From: Albugo candida
Taxonomy: Eukaryota
Length of the DNA stretch: 64,000 nt
Assembly: GCA_040437565.1 (NCBI GenBank)
Contig: JBDOQK010000054.1
Location: 186,001 to 250,000 of the forward strand
Direction of reading: 5' to 3'
Positions 45,941 through 58,793 of this stretch are shown here, piece after piece; the first letter of the stretch is position 1; each line of letters opens with the position of its first letter. A model generated the notes under the pieces. It did no database searches and was not told the origin of the DNA. It saw only the letters and a program-made list of their open reading frames with translations. The position numbers and the translations under genes were made by a program.

Positions 45941-48225
45941 CAAATTAGGTGCTAATGAGAAGAAGGCATTTCAACCCATCTTCAGGGTTTGTAGTGAAAC
46001 GGTACTCTCTTAACATAGAAATGTTAAGCAATATAAACCACGACTGATTTTGATACCTATCAGTGGAGTCTGAGCTCTCCATGGCCACAATAAGCCTAAC
46101 GCGCAACCACTTTCAATTCCCGAGGAGGAGTAAGTGCAGACATGTACAAAGGGTCACTGCCCAATGCGATTGCAGTAGCCGCTTTCTTGGCAAGGTATCA
46201 ATCGAGTTTTTTTCATAACTAGAAAGACGGCATGAAATGCGTTGCCTTGCTTTTTCCGAATGTGAAAAATCAAGGCGCATTCAAGGATATGTTTCAATAG
46301 GAGTAAGTTTCATGAAAAGTTGGCAATGAGGTCATTGCTCTTTATTGTCGTTGATGTCAGCTTGCACTTGATATCATCGTGATTCACTTCCGCGAATTGC
46401 AACACTCTGTGCGGTATCGCCTTGAACACTGGAAAGCAAGAAAAGATTCGCAAGAGGCCAAACTGAATGAAAACAGCAAGTGAAACGTGCAGCTGGCGGG
46501 AGACTCGATCAACAAGTGACATTTCATACGACAAGAAACCAACTTTATCCAACCTCCCAATGGTCTCAGCATCTTTTCCTGAAGGTAGCTACTTTTTCAT
46601 CAGTGCTCACATAATTGGTAGTGACGTTTTACTTGTAGCTTACGTCTACGTTTGTAGCGATATCGGTAAAATCTAAGGAATAAGACGCTTTTCAATTCAA
46701 ATTCCGTTTCATCAGAAAGCAGGAGCAGCATTTGGGCTTTTATTTGCTTGTTCTTCCGGTGCACATCCACGCTCGTGATTCTGCCCGTGAGATTCTATCC
46801 GGAAAAGCTGATTTATGAGTGTATTTGCGTCAAGTCCGACCATCCGGTACGTGTACGCCATAAGGTCGATCCGCGATGATGCATATGTGGTTTGATAAAG
46901 CATCTAATGATCTGATAATCTGTTGACATTCGATTATTCGCATCTAGAGTACGCTTTGTCTCCGTCTGAATAGATTGTAGCATCAGTGACCATTCTACGG
47001 GGCACGGATGGTACAGCCTTTTAAACCTTCAAGTTGTTTGGTCGACCCAAGAGTACTTGTATTGATATTCCAAGTCAATTCACATTGTCATGCTGTATCT
47101 CAATCACCGTATACATCATAAAGAAAGGACCAGCATCTTGCCTTGCATGGATTCCGCATCTATGCTTGCTGTGGTCGATATACCGCAGCCAAGGAAGATT
47201 AAGTACCCATATGTCGAATGTACGGTTTCGGCTGAATATGCTTGTAGAAATCAGAGCGATGAGTTTTACCATGGCAATATTTATGCATAAATGCACTGGG
47301 GTCGTTCGCACACATTATACCTATGGTTCGATGGCATTTCTTCGATGACTTGGGTGTTGCTTGGTTATGTGTAGATACATCGACGAAATTAACATGATCA
47401 GTGATAGTCAAATGTCGGAGATTTCTCAGCACCATACAAAAAAGAAAAAGCCATAAACCTATTTTCTAGGTGAATAGTTGCATCGCATCAACTGCACAGT
47501 CACCTCCTCGATACAAGACAGAAGTGATGCAAATAATACACTTGTAATCCTACTCATCTCGGTAAAGCATAACATAGGAAATGCTATCCTAAATGTGCCT
47601 TCCCACCTTGCACCTTTCGTAGTGATTCCTTTTGACTGTAATCTTGATTCGCAACAATCCTGTTATTGTCATCCCTCTGCCTCGAAAAGTTGCTGGCTCA
47701 ACTCTTTAAGCAGAACGTTGCTCAATGTATCCCTTTCCTTTTGGTTGAATCATCTCGACTTCATATACCATCATATTCAATTAAATCATGATCCGCAGGT
47801 CGGCATAAAGATCAAGAAATATCGATGCGGTTTCTTTGATGTGCCAGCCACCATCATAATCACGCACTAGAATTCAACTCTTTGATATTGATTGTAGCAG
47901 CCATTTGTTTGAAATTATTGTCCGCTTGACGACTGATTGCCTAGTCGATATCTGATGCCTGGCCTCTATAAAATTATGTCTCTAATTTCGATGAGTGAGA
48001 TCGGCATCCAAGATTCTTGAGTGAAGGAAAACTTACTTGGTAATCCTTTCAATAAGCTTCCTAATCAAGCATTATTCTCTTTTCCGTGCTACCTCTTCCG
48101 ATTGAATGCTATCAGTTATTCAAGTTTCTGTTTGCATCGGGAGTGTTACGTCATTGATCAAAGCCTAACACGAAGATTAAGTTGTCTGCCCACTATTTCA
48201 TGTATTCCACACCAAACGTATAAAC

Positions 48226-49068
48226 ATGGAGACATTAAGGAAATGTGAATCCGAATTGAATCAACATTTGATCGATTTAGAAAATTGCTTGCAGTCCAAT
48301 GAGTTGGAATGCGATCTAGAATTTACGAATAAGGAAGAAAAATTACTTGAGCGTGAAATCAACAGATTAATCCGAAGCTGTGCTGATGCTACACTCAGAT
48401 ACGAAGAACAGTGCAAGGATAATAATATCAGAATGCAAGAAAGGGGATCGCAATCGCTCAAGAAATACGTTGTTCGAAGCAGAAAGGTACGGCCAGTAAA
48501 TACATTCTTTTCTTGGTGGCTCATCTTGCTATGGTAAGCTCTTAATGGAATATCGTTTGAAGTCAAATGCAGTCAAGCAAGAGGATACAAAGAAAAAGCT
48601 CCTACATGTGCAAACGCCGAAAACGCAGAATGAGTACGTGAAGTGTCCCCATTTTATTTGTACAGAATTTCTGCTGACGAAGGAAGCGTAGTATGGAAAG
48701 GTCCGAGGATCCAATTAGGTTTTTGGCCTCATTGCATCGAACTCGACAAGTAATGTCGGATGAAATCCAACGCGTGACAAATGTGAGTAAATTGATGGAT
48801 GATGGACGTGAAGCACTAGCAAGCTCGCATCAAGAGTACAGCAGCGTTAAGAATGAAATACAGGCAATTCGAAAACAACTCATGCATCTACAGGTAAAGT
48901 TGCTTTCATTGTATACAGTCAAGCATATCTTGATGGTACATCTAGTGGCAGACTAAGAAAGATCGACTGTGGATTGGGTCGGGTATACTCACACTCTTGA
49001 CCACATTGATAGTTATCATCCATCAGCGTACGGGGATTCCAGTAATATCGGTATTGTTTAACCAATGA
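48226..49068 (+). CDS. SEC20: Sec20/BNIP1-type SNARE, multi-exon
   Basis: SLHRTRQVMSDEIQRV...L..S..EY, followed by spliced DRLWIGSGILTLLTTLIVIIHQR C-terminal TM. Confidence 0.75.
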
Positions 49069-49298
49069 ATCAACTGATTCACTCGTAATCAAGTCGGCTA
49101 ATTCTACTAAGGCTTTTGTTCTCTCTGATCATGATACACTTCTCTTTGTTGGCACCAAATACACCAAGGCTTTTTATCGTATATGGATGTATATTAAACC
49201 ACCTAAATCGCATTGTCATAAAGAATCACGTCCGATATGTCGAGTGTTACTGTAGGACATTATAACTTCTATTTATTGATACAGCTATCGAGCTCAAA

Positions 49299-50804
49299 AT
49301 GTCGCTTCCCCGCTCTCCTTCCGCAGTCGAAGGTTTTCGTCCATTACGAGCAACGCTTTATTGTTGTTTTATCCCGTTTCATGTTTCTAGGTTTTCTAAA
49401 ATTTGTGAATAGCTCACCTTCTCCATTTCATGCGGTGCAAGAAGCCATTGAAATTCTCAAATCGGCTGGATTTCAAGCAATCGCCGAAGATAAGTTACAT
49501 CAAAATGATCTGCAGCCAGGGGGCAAATATTACGTCACTCGAAACCGTTCAGCTATCGTACGGAAGTAAACTTTCGTAATCATTCTCGATGCAACTAATG
49601 CATTCTTGCCTCACCATAGATTGCATTTGCTATTGGCGGCAAGCATGAACGAAGAAATGGATTCAATATTATTGGAGCCCATACCGATAGCCCTTGTTTA
49701 AAGATCAAGCCGATTTCAAACCTCGAGAGTGAAGGCTTTTTACAAGTTGGTGTAGAGTGTTATGGAGGCGGGTTATTCCACACATGGTTCGATCGGGACT
49801 TGGGCTTCGCTGGACGCGTTATTGTACGTGAATCAAAAAGATCCTTCAAAACAAGATTGGTGTGCGTGAATCGTCCGATTATGCGCATTCCTACACTTGC
49901 TATACACTTGGACCGCGAAGCTGCAAATGGTATCAATTACAACAAAGAAACACATCTCCGTCCAATCTTGGCAACTGCTATTCGAGCTGAATTGGAGAAA
50001 ATAGCGCATGGAGAAAAAAAAGCGAAAAAAGATGATGAAAGGCCAAAACACCACTCGATACTTCTCAATCTAATCGCCAAGGAGCTAAAAGTGAGGACAG
50101 AGGAAGTATGTGATTTTGAACTTTGTCTCTTTGATACACAGGGAGCAAATGTTGGTGGTCTGCTCAACGAGTTCATTTTTTCTGCACGGCTTGATAATTT
50201 GTGCTGTTCGTGGCTAGCGTTAAAATCACTCGTGTCATCAATAGATTCTCTGGATCAAGAAACAAACACTCGAATGATTGCTTTGTTCGACAATGAAGAA
50301 GTAGGCTCTCAGTCGAGAATGGGTGCAGGATCAGATTTTTTACAAACAGTCATGACCGCAGTAGCAGGTGAGCAGAATTGGTTTGAGGCGGCACGAAACT
50401 CGTTCTGCGTTTCAGCTGATATGGCTCATGGAGTCCACCCAAATTATTCACAAAAGCATGAGCACAATCATCGACCAGCTCTACACGCCGGACCTGTCAT
50501 CAAGTACAATGCGAATCAGCGGTATGCGACTACATCTGAATCTGCATTTCTGATGAAAGAGCTTGCTCGTCGTCACGGTGTCAAGCTCCAGGAATTTGTG
50601 GTTCGACAGGACACAGGTTGTGGATCAACTATCGGTCCTATAATGTCCACTAATACTGGGATGCGAACAATTGATGTGGGTCTTGCACAATTGAGTATGC
50701 ACAGTATTCGAGAAATGTGTGGAACAGATGATTTAGAGCTCGGACTGACTTGGTTCAAAGCGTTTTTCTCGGAATTCACTAATTTGAACAGTTACTTGAG
50801 TTGA
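49299..50804 (+). CDS. DNPEP: Aspartyl aminopeptidase (M18), 3 exons
   Basis: FLKFVNSSPSPFHAV, GAHTDSP, YGGGLFHTWFDRDL, RLDNL, FDNEEVGS, SADMAHGVHPNY, LSMHSIRE. Confidence 0.95.
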
Positions 50805-51426
50805 TTAGCGTAGTCAACTATTTGAAATATCACAACCTTTACATGAATGTATGGCTATCTCTTAGGCAAAGATTACACTCGAAATCATCATCGAAACAAT
50901 CAGCAGCTAAAATGAGGATTTTCCTTAAAGCCATAAATCGCAGCGCCTTGTATTTAATCTATAGTGTGTGTTAAGCGGGATTGTTGACTACTCATTGTAT
51001 TGTGACTTTCATGGACTTTCAACTCTTTTATTGCTTGTACCGAAAGTACTATAATTTCTGTAAGTATTGTCAATCTGGAGGGGAAATTGGAGGATTAACT
51101 CATGATAAATCCGCCTACACACTTTCAAGGCAGTCGTGTCATACTCTTAACATTGCCACCTGTTCAGTTTCGAATGGTTTTCTCGATCCTCGCATTCGAA
51201 ATCACACAGTCACTCGTGAGTTGCTATCCACAAGTAAAAAGTGAATCCTCATTATGACGTATCGTATTAAAAAGAAGTGTGAAATTCAGACCTAATCCCT
51301 CTACTCCCATCGCAATTGAAACTACGGCACAAAATTTAGCTAATAATACTCTTCACGAATATCAACTTTGTTACCCACTACAGATCAATTATCGCTATAG
51401 TTTGTATATATTTTCCATTAGTGACT

Positions 51427-52926
51427 ATGACTCCCGAAGAGATTGAAGGAGGTTATAAATGCAGTTTGAAGATTGAAGAGTACAGAATCCGTAAGAAAGC
51501 AGAGTATAAAATCTTCGTTCAGCTATCATTCTTTTCTTCACGGTCACACGGGCATGGCTCAACAAGTTGGCACATTTGGCGCTCTTTTGGCAAATTCAGA
51601 AAACTAGATGAGCTTTTACGCAAACGGAATCCGTCACACATGAAAGGGATACAATTTCCACCGCTGTATCGTCGTCGTTTGATTATACGATCGCATTTGA
51701 GGGAAGATTTTTTAGAAATGCGTATGCGAGAGCTCGATACGTACTTACGTATGGTTATTCAGAGTCCCTCAGTAGTTGCATTTCATATGAGTTCGCCTCA
51801 AAGTCAGACACTCAAGACCTTTATTGGATTTGTGAGTGGCTTTGGCATGAACGCACAGTATGAACCCTCGAACGTTCGTCCGTCAATGTCTCAACTAACA
51901 GCTTGCCCCACTATGGCATACACACAAACAGCTAGTGTTGTAGCAGACGACGATGATGATTTTCGATCGGTCGCCTCATCTACATATTCTTCTATTTCGT
52001 CTAGTTTTGGTAACTCAGCTGTATATCGGTGGTCCGGAACGGGCTTTCAAGGGTATAGTACACATCCTGAACGTATAATCAACGCCAGAAGGAATTACCA
52101 TGTTTCAAGTTATTCTCATCCGTCCAGCGCCAGGTCCAGTTTTGGTCGAAACGATACGTTATCACTATCATCAAACCGAAACTTTAGTAGAACGGATGCT
52201 TACGGGGAATGTGTGGGGGAAATGACGCACGAATCAGAAGTGCAAAGAGCGAGAATGGAACGGGAATTATATAAAGTTGAATTGGTAGGTGTCGGAATGC
52301 CCCCAGATGGATCGTGTTTGCTGCATTGCATAGTCTATGAAATGTACCCATTGCAGTGCTTGAAAGATTATCCTACATCGATGACAATTGTGAATGTTGG
52401 AGCTGCTGACGGTATGGCGCCACGACGCATTGCAGCAGCCAGGTATCTCCGGGTAAAACTTATGGAATACGGTCTGAAGCACTTGAAACAACTAGCGAGT
52501 TTCTTGCATCAGAAAGAAGATGAATTGAGATTGCGATATGAGGCTTTCAGAGATATACCCGATGAACAGGCTACGACTGCCGAATTATATGCCGCTTCAA
52601 GCATGTTCAACATCGAGATTGTGCTGATCAGTAATAACGAAAGCTTTAAAATAGAACCCGTGACCCCAATAGCAGGTCTTCCATCTTCGCGGGAAGGTAC
52701 GAGAAGAACGGTCACATTTGGATACATGACTCCAAGTGACGGATTGGGTGGTCACTACATTTGCACTCGGCCCAGGCCGTATCGATTTGAAGAGTCAAAT
52801 AATCCTTTCGCTGGTGGAAAGTATTGTGGTTCCATTGCAATCGGTCCCCCACGAAAAAGCTCAAACATTCGATGTGTGCCAAACAAAACATTGAATTTCG
52901 GTCATGTCAATGAGCAGCCGGTTTGA
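51427..52926 (+). CDS. PX-domain protein with C-terminal OTU-like cysteine protease domain
   Basis: PX: WHIWRSFGKFRKLDELL...FPP...FLEMRMRELDTYL. OTU-like: MPPDGSCLLHCI...ELYAASSMFNIEIVL...GGHY. Confidence 0.75.
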   Translation: MTPEEIEGGYKCSLKIEEYRIRKKAEYKIFVQLSFFSSRSHGHGSTSWHIWRSFGKFRKLDELLRKRNPSHMKGIQFPPLYRRRLIIRSHLREDFLEMRMRELDTYLRMVIQSPSVVAFHMSSPQSQTLKTFIGFVSGFGMNAQYEPSNVRPSMSQLTACPTMAYTQTASVVADDDDDFRSVASSTYSSISSSFGNSAVYRWSGTGFQGYSTHPERIINARRNYHVSSYSHPSSARSSFGRNDTLSLSSNRNFSRTDAYGECVGEMTHESEVQRARMERELYKVELVGVGMPPDGSCLLHCIVYEMYPLQCLKDYPTSMTIVNVGAADGMAPRRIAAARYLRVKLMEYGLKHLKQLASFLHQKEDELRLRYEAFRDIPDEQATTAELYAASSMFNIEIVLISNNESFKIEPVTPIAGLPSSREGTRRTVTFGYMTPSDGLGGHYICTRPRPYRFEESNNPFAGGKYCGSIAIGPPRKSSNIRCVPNKTLNFGHVNEQPV

Positions 52927-53269
52927 AATCAATCGAGTCGACATGGCACGGCGATTACCAATGTTGAAAGAGGCAGAGGTCAAGTACTTACGACTTTGTC
53001 AAATAGCTTTATGTACTTGACCTAGTAGGTGCCGTCGGCGGATGAAAAAGCAGTTATGCCAATTTCTTGCCATTTGCTTATCAGAAAGAAAGAGGGCATC
53101 TTCTCTGTGTCGCGACACACATTGAGCCATACATTTGGATTGGATTTTTCTTATTTAAAGCTCGATAGGCCTGCTCGATGTAAGGATCAGAAATATAAAG
53201 AAGAATGATTTCCCTCGATCTAGGCGCTTTGATATTGCTTCTTATATTTGTGGTAAAATTCCAGTAATA

Positions 53270-54747
53270 TCATTCTTCCCTCGGACAAGCTCGGTACGCC
53301 TGAATGGGGCTACTATCGCAATCAAATCGAATAGCTTCATTTGCCGAAACCAAAAATACTTTGCCTTGTTGAATGGAGAATTCTGCAGATTCGCCACGCA
53401 ATCGTCCGGTACCTTGGAGAATCAACAGAATGCTTGCGGCCTTGCGAATGGGAACATCATACGTTGAATGAGATGGTATGTCATATCGCTCGACCTGGAA
53501 CTCAGGTACAATGGACGTATACAGCCGATACTTATCATCGATTTGTTGGCCTTGTTGTACTGTTGGCAGCCCAGTGCTTCATTATAAAAGTAAGAACGCA
53601 TGAAACATACATCAAGGAGACTTACGAATAGGTGAGTAATTCGCAGAGTGTTACTTTATCGACCAGTTTGCTAGTCAATGCGGCCCGTATCACATTATCG
53701 GAACATGCCATGCATTCAACGCAGTCTCCAGACAAGTACGCATGAGGCTCATTGGAAGCCAAAAATATAGCTTCGCCTGGTTTCAGCTCCAAATAATTCA
53801 GTAAAAATGGACAAAAGCAACCGATATCATTCGGAAAGGCTGCATGCAAACGCAATACTAATTTCTCCACCATGCTATGTTGAGACACAGAGACTGCATT
53901 GAGACGTCCGACAATTTTGTTGACTTGAGCCTCAATGATTTGAGTATCCACATTCATGAAAGCCTCAAAGAAAATTTTCAGCGCTTCTTGATCCTTTTTT
54001 GCAACCAATTGCTGGACGACTAAAATCAGTGAATAAGGGTAAAGCATTACCGAGCACGTAAATAAGATACGCACTTTGTGGTTGTACAAGCTCCCGGAAT
54101 TCCACTACTGTTTCCAAAAATGTACTGATCTCACTAATGTCTCGAAACTGGCATCTGCAAACAAGTCAATCAATGTCTGAGATTGGTAAGACTGCATGTA
54201 TAATCATGGACAATACAGGGCTTCAAATTGACTTAACGCGATAGCCATTTCGGGTTTATGATTGGCGTCTTTGTAGATATCTGGATGCAACGCATGTAAC
54301 CTTTGTGCAGATATTTTGTCTGGGTGAATTTGTATCGAGAGCGGTTTTCCAATCGATAGAACTTTGAAAAGAAAAGGAAGATTTTGATTCGTAGAATTCC
54401 CTAAATGACTTGGATGTTGCTGAAGCCACTCAAATAATGAGACACAAGTCTTCTCTTCAGTGTGAGCAAAGGATGGACCATTTGGGTGGGTTCCCATCCT
54501 AAAACCATATCATAAAGACGTTTTGTTTTATTTGGGGGGTATAAGAGTGTCACAAACCATAATTCTGCATATGGAAGTTCCGCATCCAGTTCAAAGCTCG
54601 GTTCATGAACCTTGAAGATACACTCAATACGGAATGTTGCCAATCACAGGTGGAACGCGTGATACGTACTTTTAATTGTGCCACTTTACTGGTATTCCCA
54701 CGTTTTCCCCACTTATACGACTGAACAGCACATTCCAGTTCCAGCAT
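53270..54747 (-). CDS. MPI: Mannose-6-phosphate isomerase (type I), multi-exon
   Basis: VQSYKWGK, AELW/MGTHP, LPFLFKVLSI..LSIQIHPDK, YKDANHKPEMA, PHAYLSGDCVECMACSDNVIRA. Confidence 0.95.
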
Positions 54748-55657
54748 TTGACAGTCGGATTGAGTATTTATGAGCCAATCCGGCGACTTAAGCAATCGAA
54801 AACTATCAAAATTTTCTACAAAGGCAGCTTTTAGAGTCGCGTGATATTTCGCGTTTTGCGATACAGTACCTTTTGCTGCTGACACAACACCAAAATATTA
54901 CGAGAATTATCGGGTTTGGTACCGATAACGATCTTAGTTCGGTTATAAACTCATTTTTGATTATAAAACGTCGCGCGGCAGCGCAAACTACGAACACAAG
55001 ACACAAGCGATTAACGGAAGCGGGCATTGCGTGTCTTTAGGATACCCCGCATTTATGTATATATCACAAACTAAGTATATTATAGTAATAATTAGAAGAA
55101 TTACATCAAATTGCGTCGACTCGTTGTTCATTAAACTTGAGTAATTGGATCGCAAGTAGCTAAGCCTTTTTATGATGCGGTCCTAGAATACTGAACCGTT
55201 CATGATTTCGAATTTTTAGCAGTTGTCAGCAATCAAGTACAGAGAGAACAAATACTTTTTTGCTGCGCACACAAATACTCGTGTCATCAAGTGTCAGGAT
55301 TGACTCGCATCAATAAACTCTGTATTTTCCATTCAATGCTCACGCGCAATCAAGTTAAGCGTAGATAAGAAAAATATTACTCACAGAATGATAGCTCTTG
55401 ATGGTTGCGATTGTGATATCACTGCCATTTGGATCCCGAGAGTACTCACTCAGTCCGTTTGACATGGAAATTGGTATCTTACACTCGCCAGCAATGTTAA
55501 AGTCGAGATTATATATCGTTTGCTACAGGTTATCTAACAATAGAGAGCGCTTGTTGCTCTGTAAATATATGGTGCGAAATAACTGTTCTTCCATTCATTT
55601 AAGCGCAACTGTCGATTGCAGATTCAAGGCGAGCAGTAAGTATCTTGATTCTTGTAA

Positions 55658-57998
55658 ATGATGCGACCAAGTCCAGGATTTGAAAGGCTAAGCGATTCTT
55701 CAGAGACGAGTGAAACGCATGAAAACTTGAGGCTCAACACGACCCCAGCTCCTGACATCACAGTTCAAACCGAATGTCGCGATCAGTCTTCGTACATCAG
55801 CTCTTTCACACCCGCTCAAGTGCGCCAACGATTCATTCAACTTCATGTTTTCGATCGTCAATATAAAGAACCTTCCTGGATGCATCCAAACATTGGTGGT
55901 GGGGCAGTCTTCTTGGAAGCGCCAACAGAAGAGGATCGAGCATACAGTGAGGAGAAGATGCATTCCACGAAGACTCAACTGAAAGAATGGCCAAGTACAG
56001 CAATTGGAGGCAATGACATTTTGTCAAGTGTACTGTTCACTGCAGGCTTGACCGTAGCGAAATCTGGTTATTTGGCTCCCGTCGTGCAAGTGGTTGTAAT
56101 CGTAGTGATTTATTGCTTCAGATGGATTTTTCAGGAAGTGGTGAGCACTATTCCATTGAATGGTGGAAGTTATGCTGCATTACTCAATGCTAGCTCTAAA
56201 AAGGTTGCTGCAGCGGCGGCCATTTTCAGCATTTTGTCGTATTTGGCAACCGGTGTTGTTTGTGCCGTGTCTGCATCCAACTATCTCAATCATTTGGTGC
56301 ACATTCCTGTCGTAACGTGCACAATTGGTCTTCTCTTTTCTTTTGCACTTCTGTGTGTCATTGGAATTTCGGAAAGTGCTTCTGTGGCACTTGTTATTTT
56401 CCTACTGCAAGTATGCACGCTTACTGTTCTATGTATTGCTTGTTTTATCTATGGTACGATGCACCCGTCCATTTTTATGCACAATTACAACGTTCCGCTC
56501 CCGAATGAATCCTTATGGGGACATATGATCACTGGAAGTGTAGAAAATGCGCTTTTCGCCGGATTTGCACCGGCACTTTTGAGTGTTACCGGATTTGAAA
56601 GTACAGCTCAATTTGTGGAGGAGCAAGCACCTGGCGTTTTCCCAAAAACGTTGCGTAACATGTGGATCATTTCCAGCTTTTTCAATCTAGCATTTTCATT
56701 CTTGTCGCTCGCAGTGGCTCCCATCGAAACGATTCTACTTGAGAGCGACGTTTTACTTGCTTATATAGCTAACGTCTCAGCAGGTCGCTGGCTCGAAGTT
56801 GTTGTATCGATTCAGGCTTTTATTGTACTCGCAGGTGCAGTACTTACATCGTACGTGGGTATCGTTGGCCTTGTGAGACAACTTGCAAGTGATCGTTTAT
56901 TACCTCGTTTCCTGCTGCACAAAAATGCTTGGAGGGGTACACATCATTACGTGATATTTGGCTACTTTGGTATCGCCTCGAGCTTGACGCTCTTACTTGA
57001 TGGTGAAATCACGGTTTTGGCCGGTATTTTTTCATTCGCTTTTCTAGGAGTCATGATGTCTTTTGTATTGGCGTGTGTGGTGCTGAAGGTTAACCGTGAG
57101 CACATGGTTCGTGCCCACACAACTTCGTGGACTAATGTACTGTTCTGTGGAGTTATGATTATGATTGGATTGATTTCTAATGCAGCGTCTGACCCGTATG
57201 CTTTGGGGTACGTTTCACTNNNNNNNNNNNNNNNNNNNNNNNNNNNNNNNNNNNNNNNNNNNNNNNNNNNNNNNNNNNNNNNNNNNNNNNNNNNNNNNNN
57301 NNNNNNNNNNNNNNNNNNNTATGATTATGATTGGATTGATTTCTAATGCAGCGTCTGACCCGTATGCTTTGGGGTACGTTTCACTGTATTATGGAGCTTT
57401 TTTCAGTATTATATGGCTCATGCTGGATCGCATAACGATTCTTAAGTGTCTGCTGTATGTTTCCAGACAATGGAAAGTGTTTCTTCTCTCACGTCAAAAT
57501 GCTCGATCGCGGCCAAATCCTTCTCAGCGTGGGCTTCCAAGTGCACATTATCGGACTGAACAACAATCGCGTTTTGTGATTGGAAGTGTCATAATAGCAA
57601 AAGCAATTGAAAGCATCAAAAAGACACCAATTATATTATTTTGCAAGAGTTCCAGTCTTCCGAAAATCAATCAAGCTATTTCCTATGTGATCCGCAATGA
57701 GCAGACGTATTGTCTTCGATTGGTTCATATAACGTCCAGCGATTTGTATGAAAGTGATACAAACGACGATAAATTGACTTATGATCCCAAGTTCGACGAT
57801 ACTGTGTGCTTGTTTGATCACATATATCCGTCTATGAAAATCGACTTTGTGTCTATTCGTGGTCGATTCGAGCCGATACTTGTGCAGTGGATTGGCGAAA
57901 ACATGAATATACCAATCAATCTGATGTTGATGCGTCAGCCTAGGAGTGATGATAGTTATCGCGTTGCTGCCTTGGGTGTTCGTATCATACTCGATTAG
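55658..57998 (+). CDS. APC-superfamily amino acid permease (interrupted by a gap with a short overlap)
   Basis: STAIGGNDILSSVLF, PLNGGSY, VTGFESTAQFVEEQ..GVFPKTLRNM, LASDRLLP; about 12 hydrophobic helices plus a soluble C-terminal domain. Confidence 0.92.
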
Positions 57999-58793
57999 AN
58001 NNNNNNNNNNNNNNNNNNNNNNNNNNNNNNNNNNNNNNNNNNNNNNNNNNNNNNNNNNNNNNNNNNNNNNNNNNNNNNNNNNNNNNNNNNNNNNNNNNNA
58101 AGTTCGACGATACTGTGTGCTTGTTTGATCACATATATCCGTCTATGAAAATCGACTTTGTGTCTATTCGTGGTCGATTCGAGCCGATACTTGTGCAGTG
58201 GATTGGCGAAAACATGAATATACCAATCAATCTGATGTTGATGCGTCAGCCTAGGAGTGATGATAGTTATCGCGTTGCTGCCTTGGGTGTTCGTATCATA
58301 CTCGATTAGATCCCACATTAGACATCCAAGGTCAAATATTCAATGATAGGTTCGACCTTAAAGTAAACAGTATGTGCGCTGCCACGTCTACTTGCGATAA
58401 TTCCTTAACTTTATACAAATTTCGACTACGATTATGAAGTGGTGTACTATCACCATTTTCTCTGTTGTTTCACGGTCATTTTACGGAAATAATGAGTCTT
58501 TTGCGAAGACCATTGAACCTGAAAGCTCTTCCATAGTGAGACACGATGCAGAGAAGCCTTCAACTTCTATGGTCTCTAGTTTAAGCAATTCACATCGATC
58601 AACTGCAAATATCGATCATACTATAGACGTGTTCCCTGTACCAACTAAACAAACTCCACCAGTGTCAGATACAGNNNNNNNNNNNNNNNNNNNNNNNNNN
58701 NNNNNNNNNNNNNNNNNNNNNNNNNNNNNNNNNNNNNNNNNNNNNNNNNNNNNNNNNNNNNNNNNNNNNNNNNNCTTTATACAAATTTCGACT

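Noticed and set aside
46310-47870. Several short ORFs between copy E and SEC20
   Set aside because: No motif or consistent splice model I can support; a multi-exon gene may be missed here.
57154-58310. Duplicated segments of the APC permease
   Set aside because: Exact overlaps flanking two gaps.
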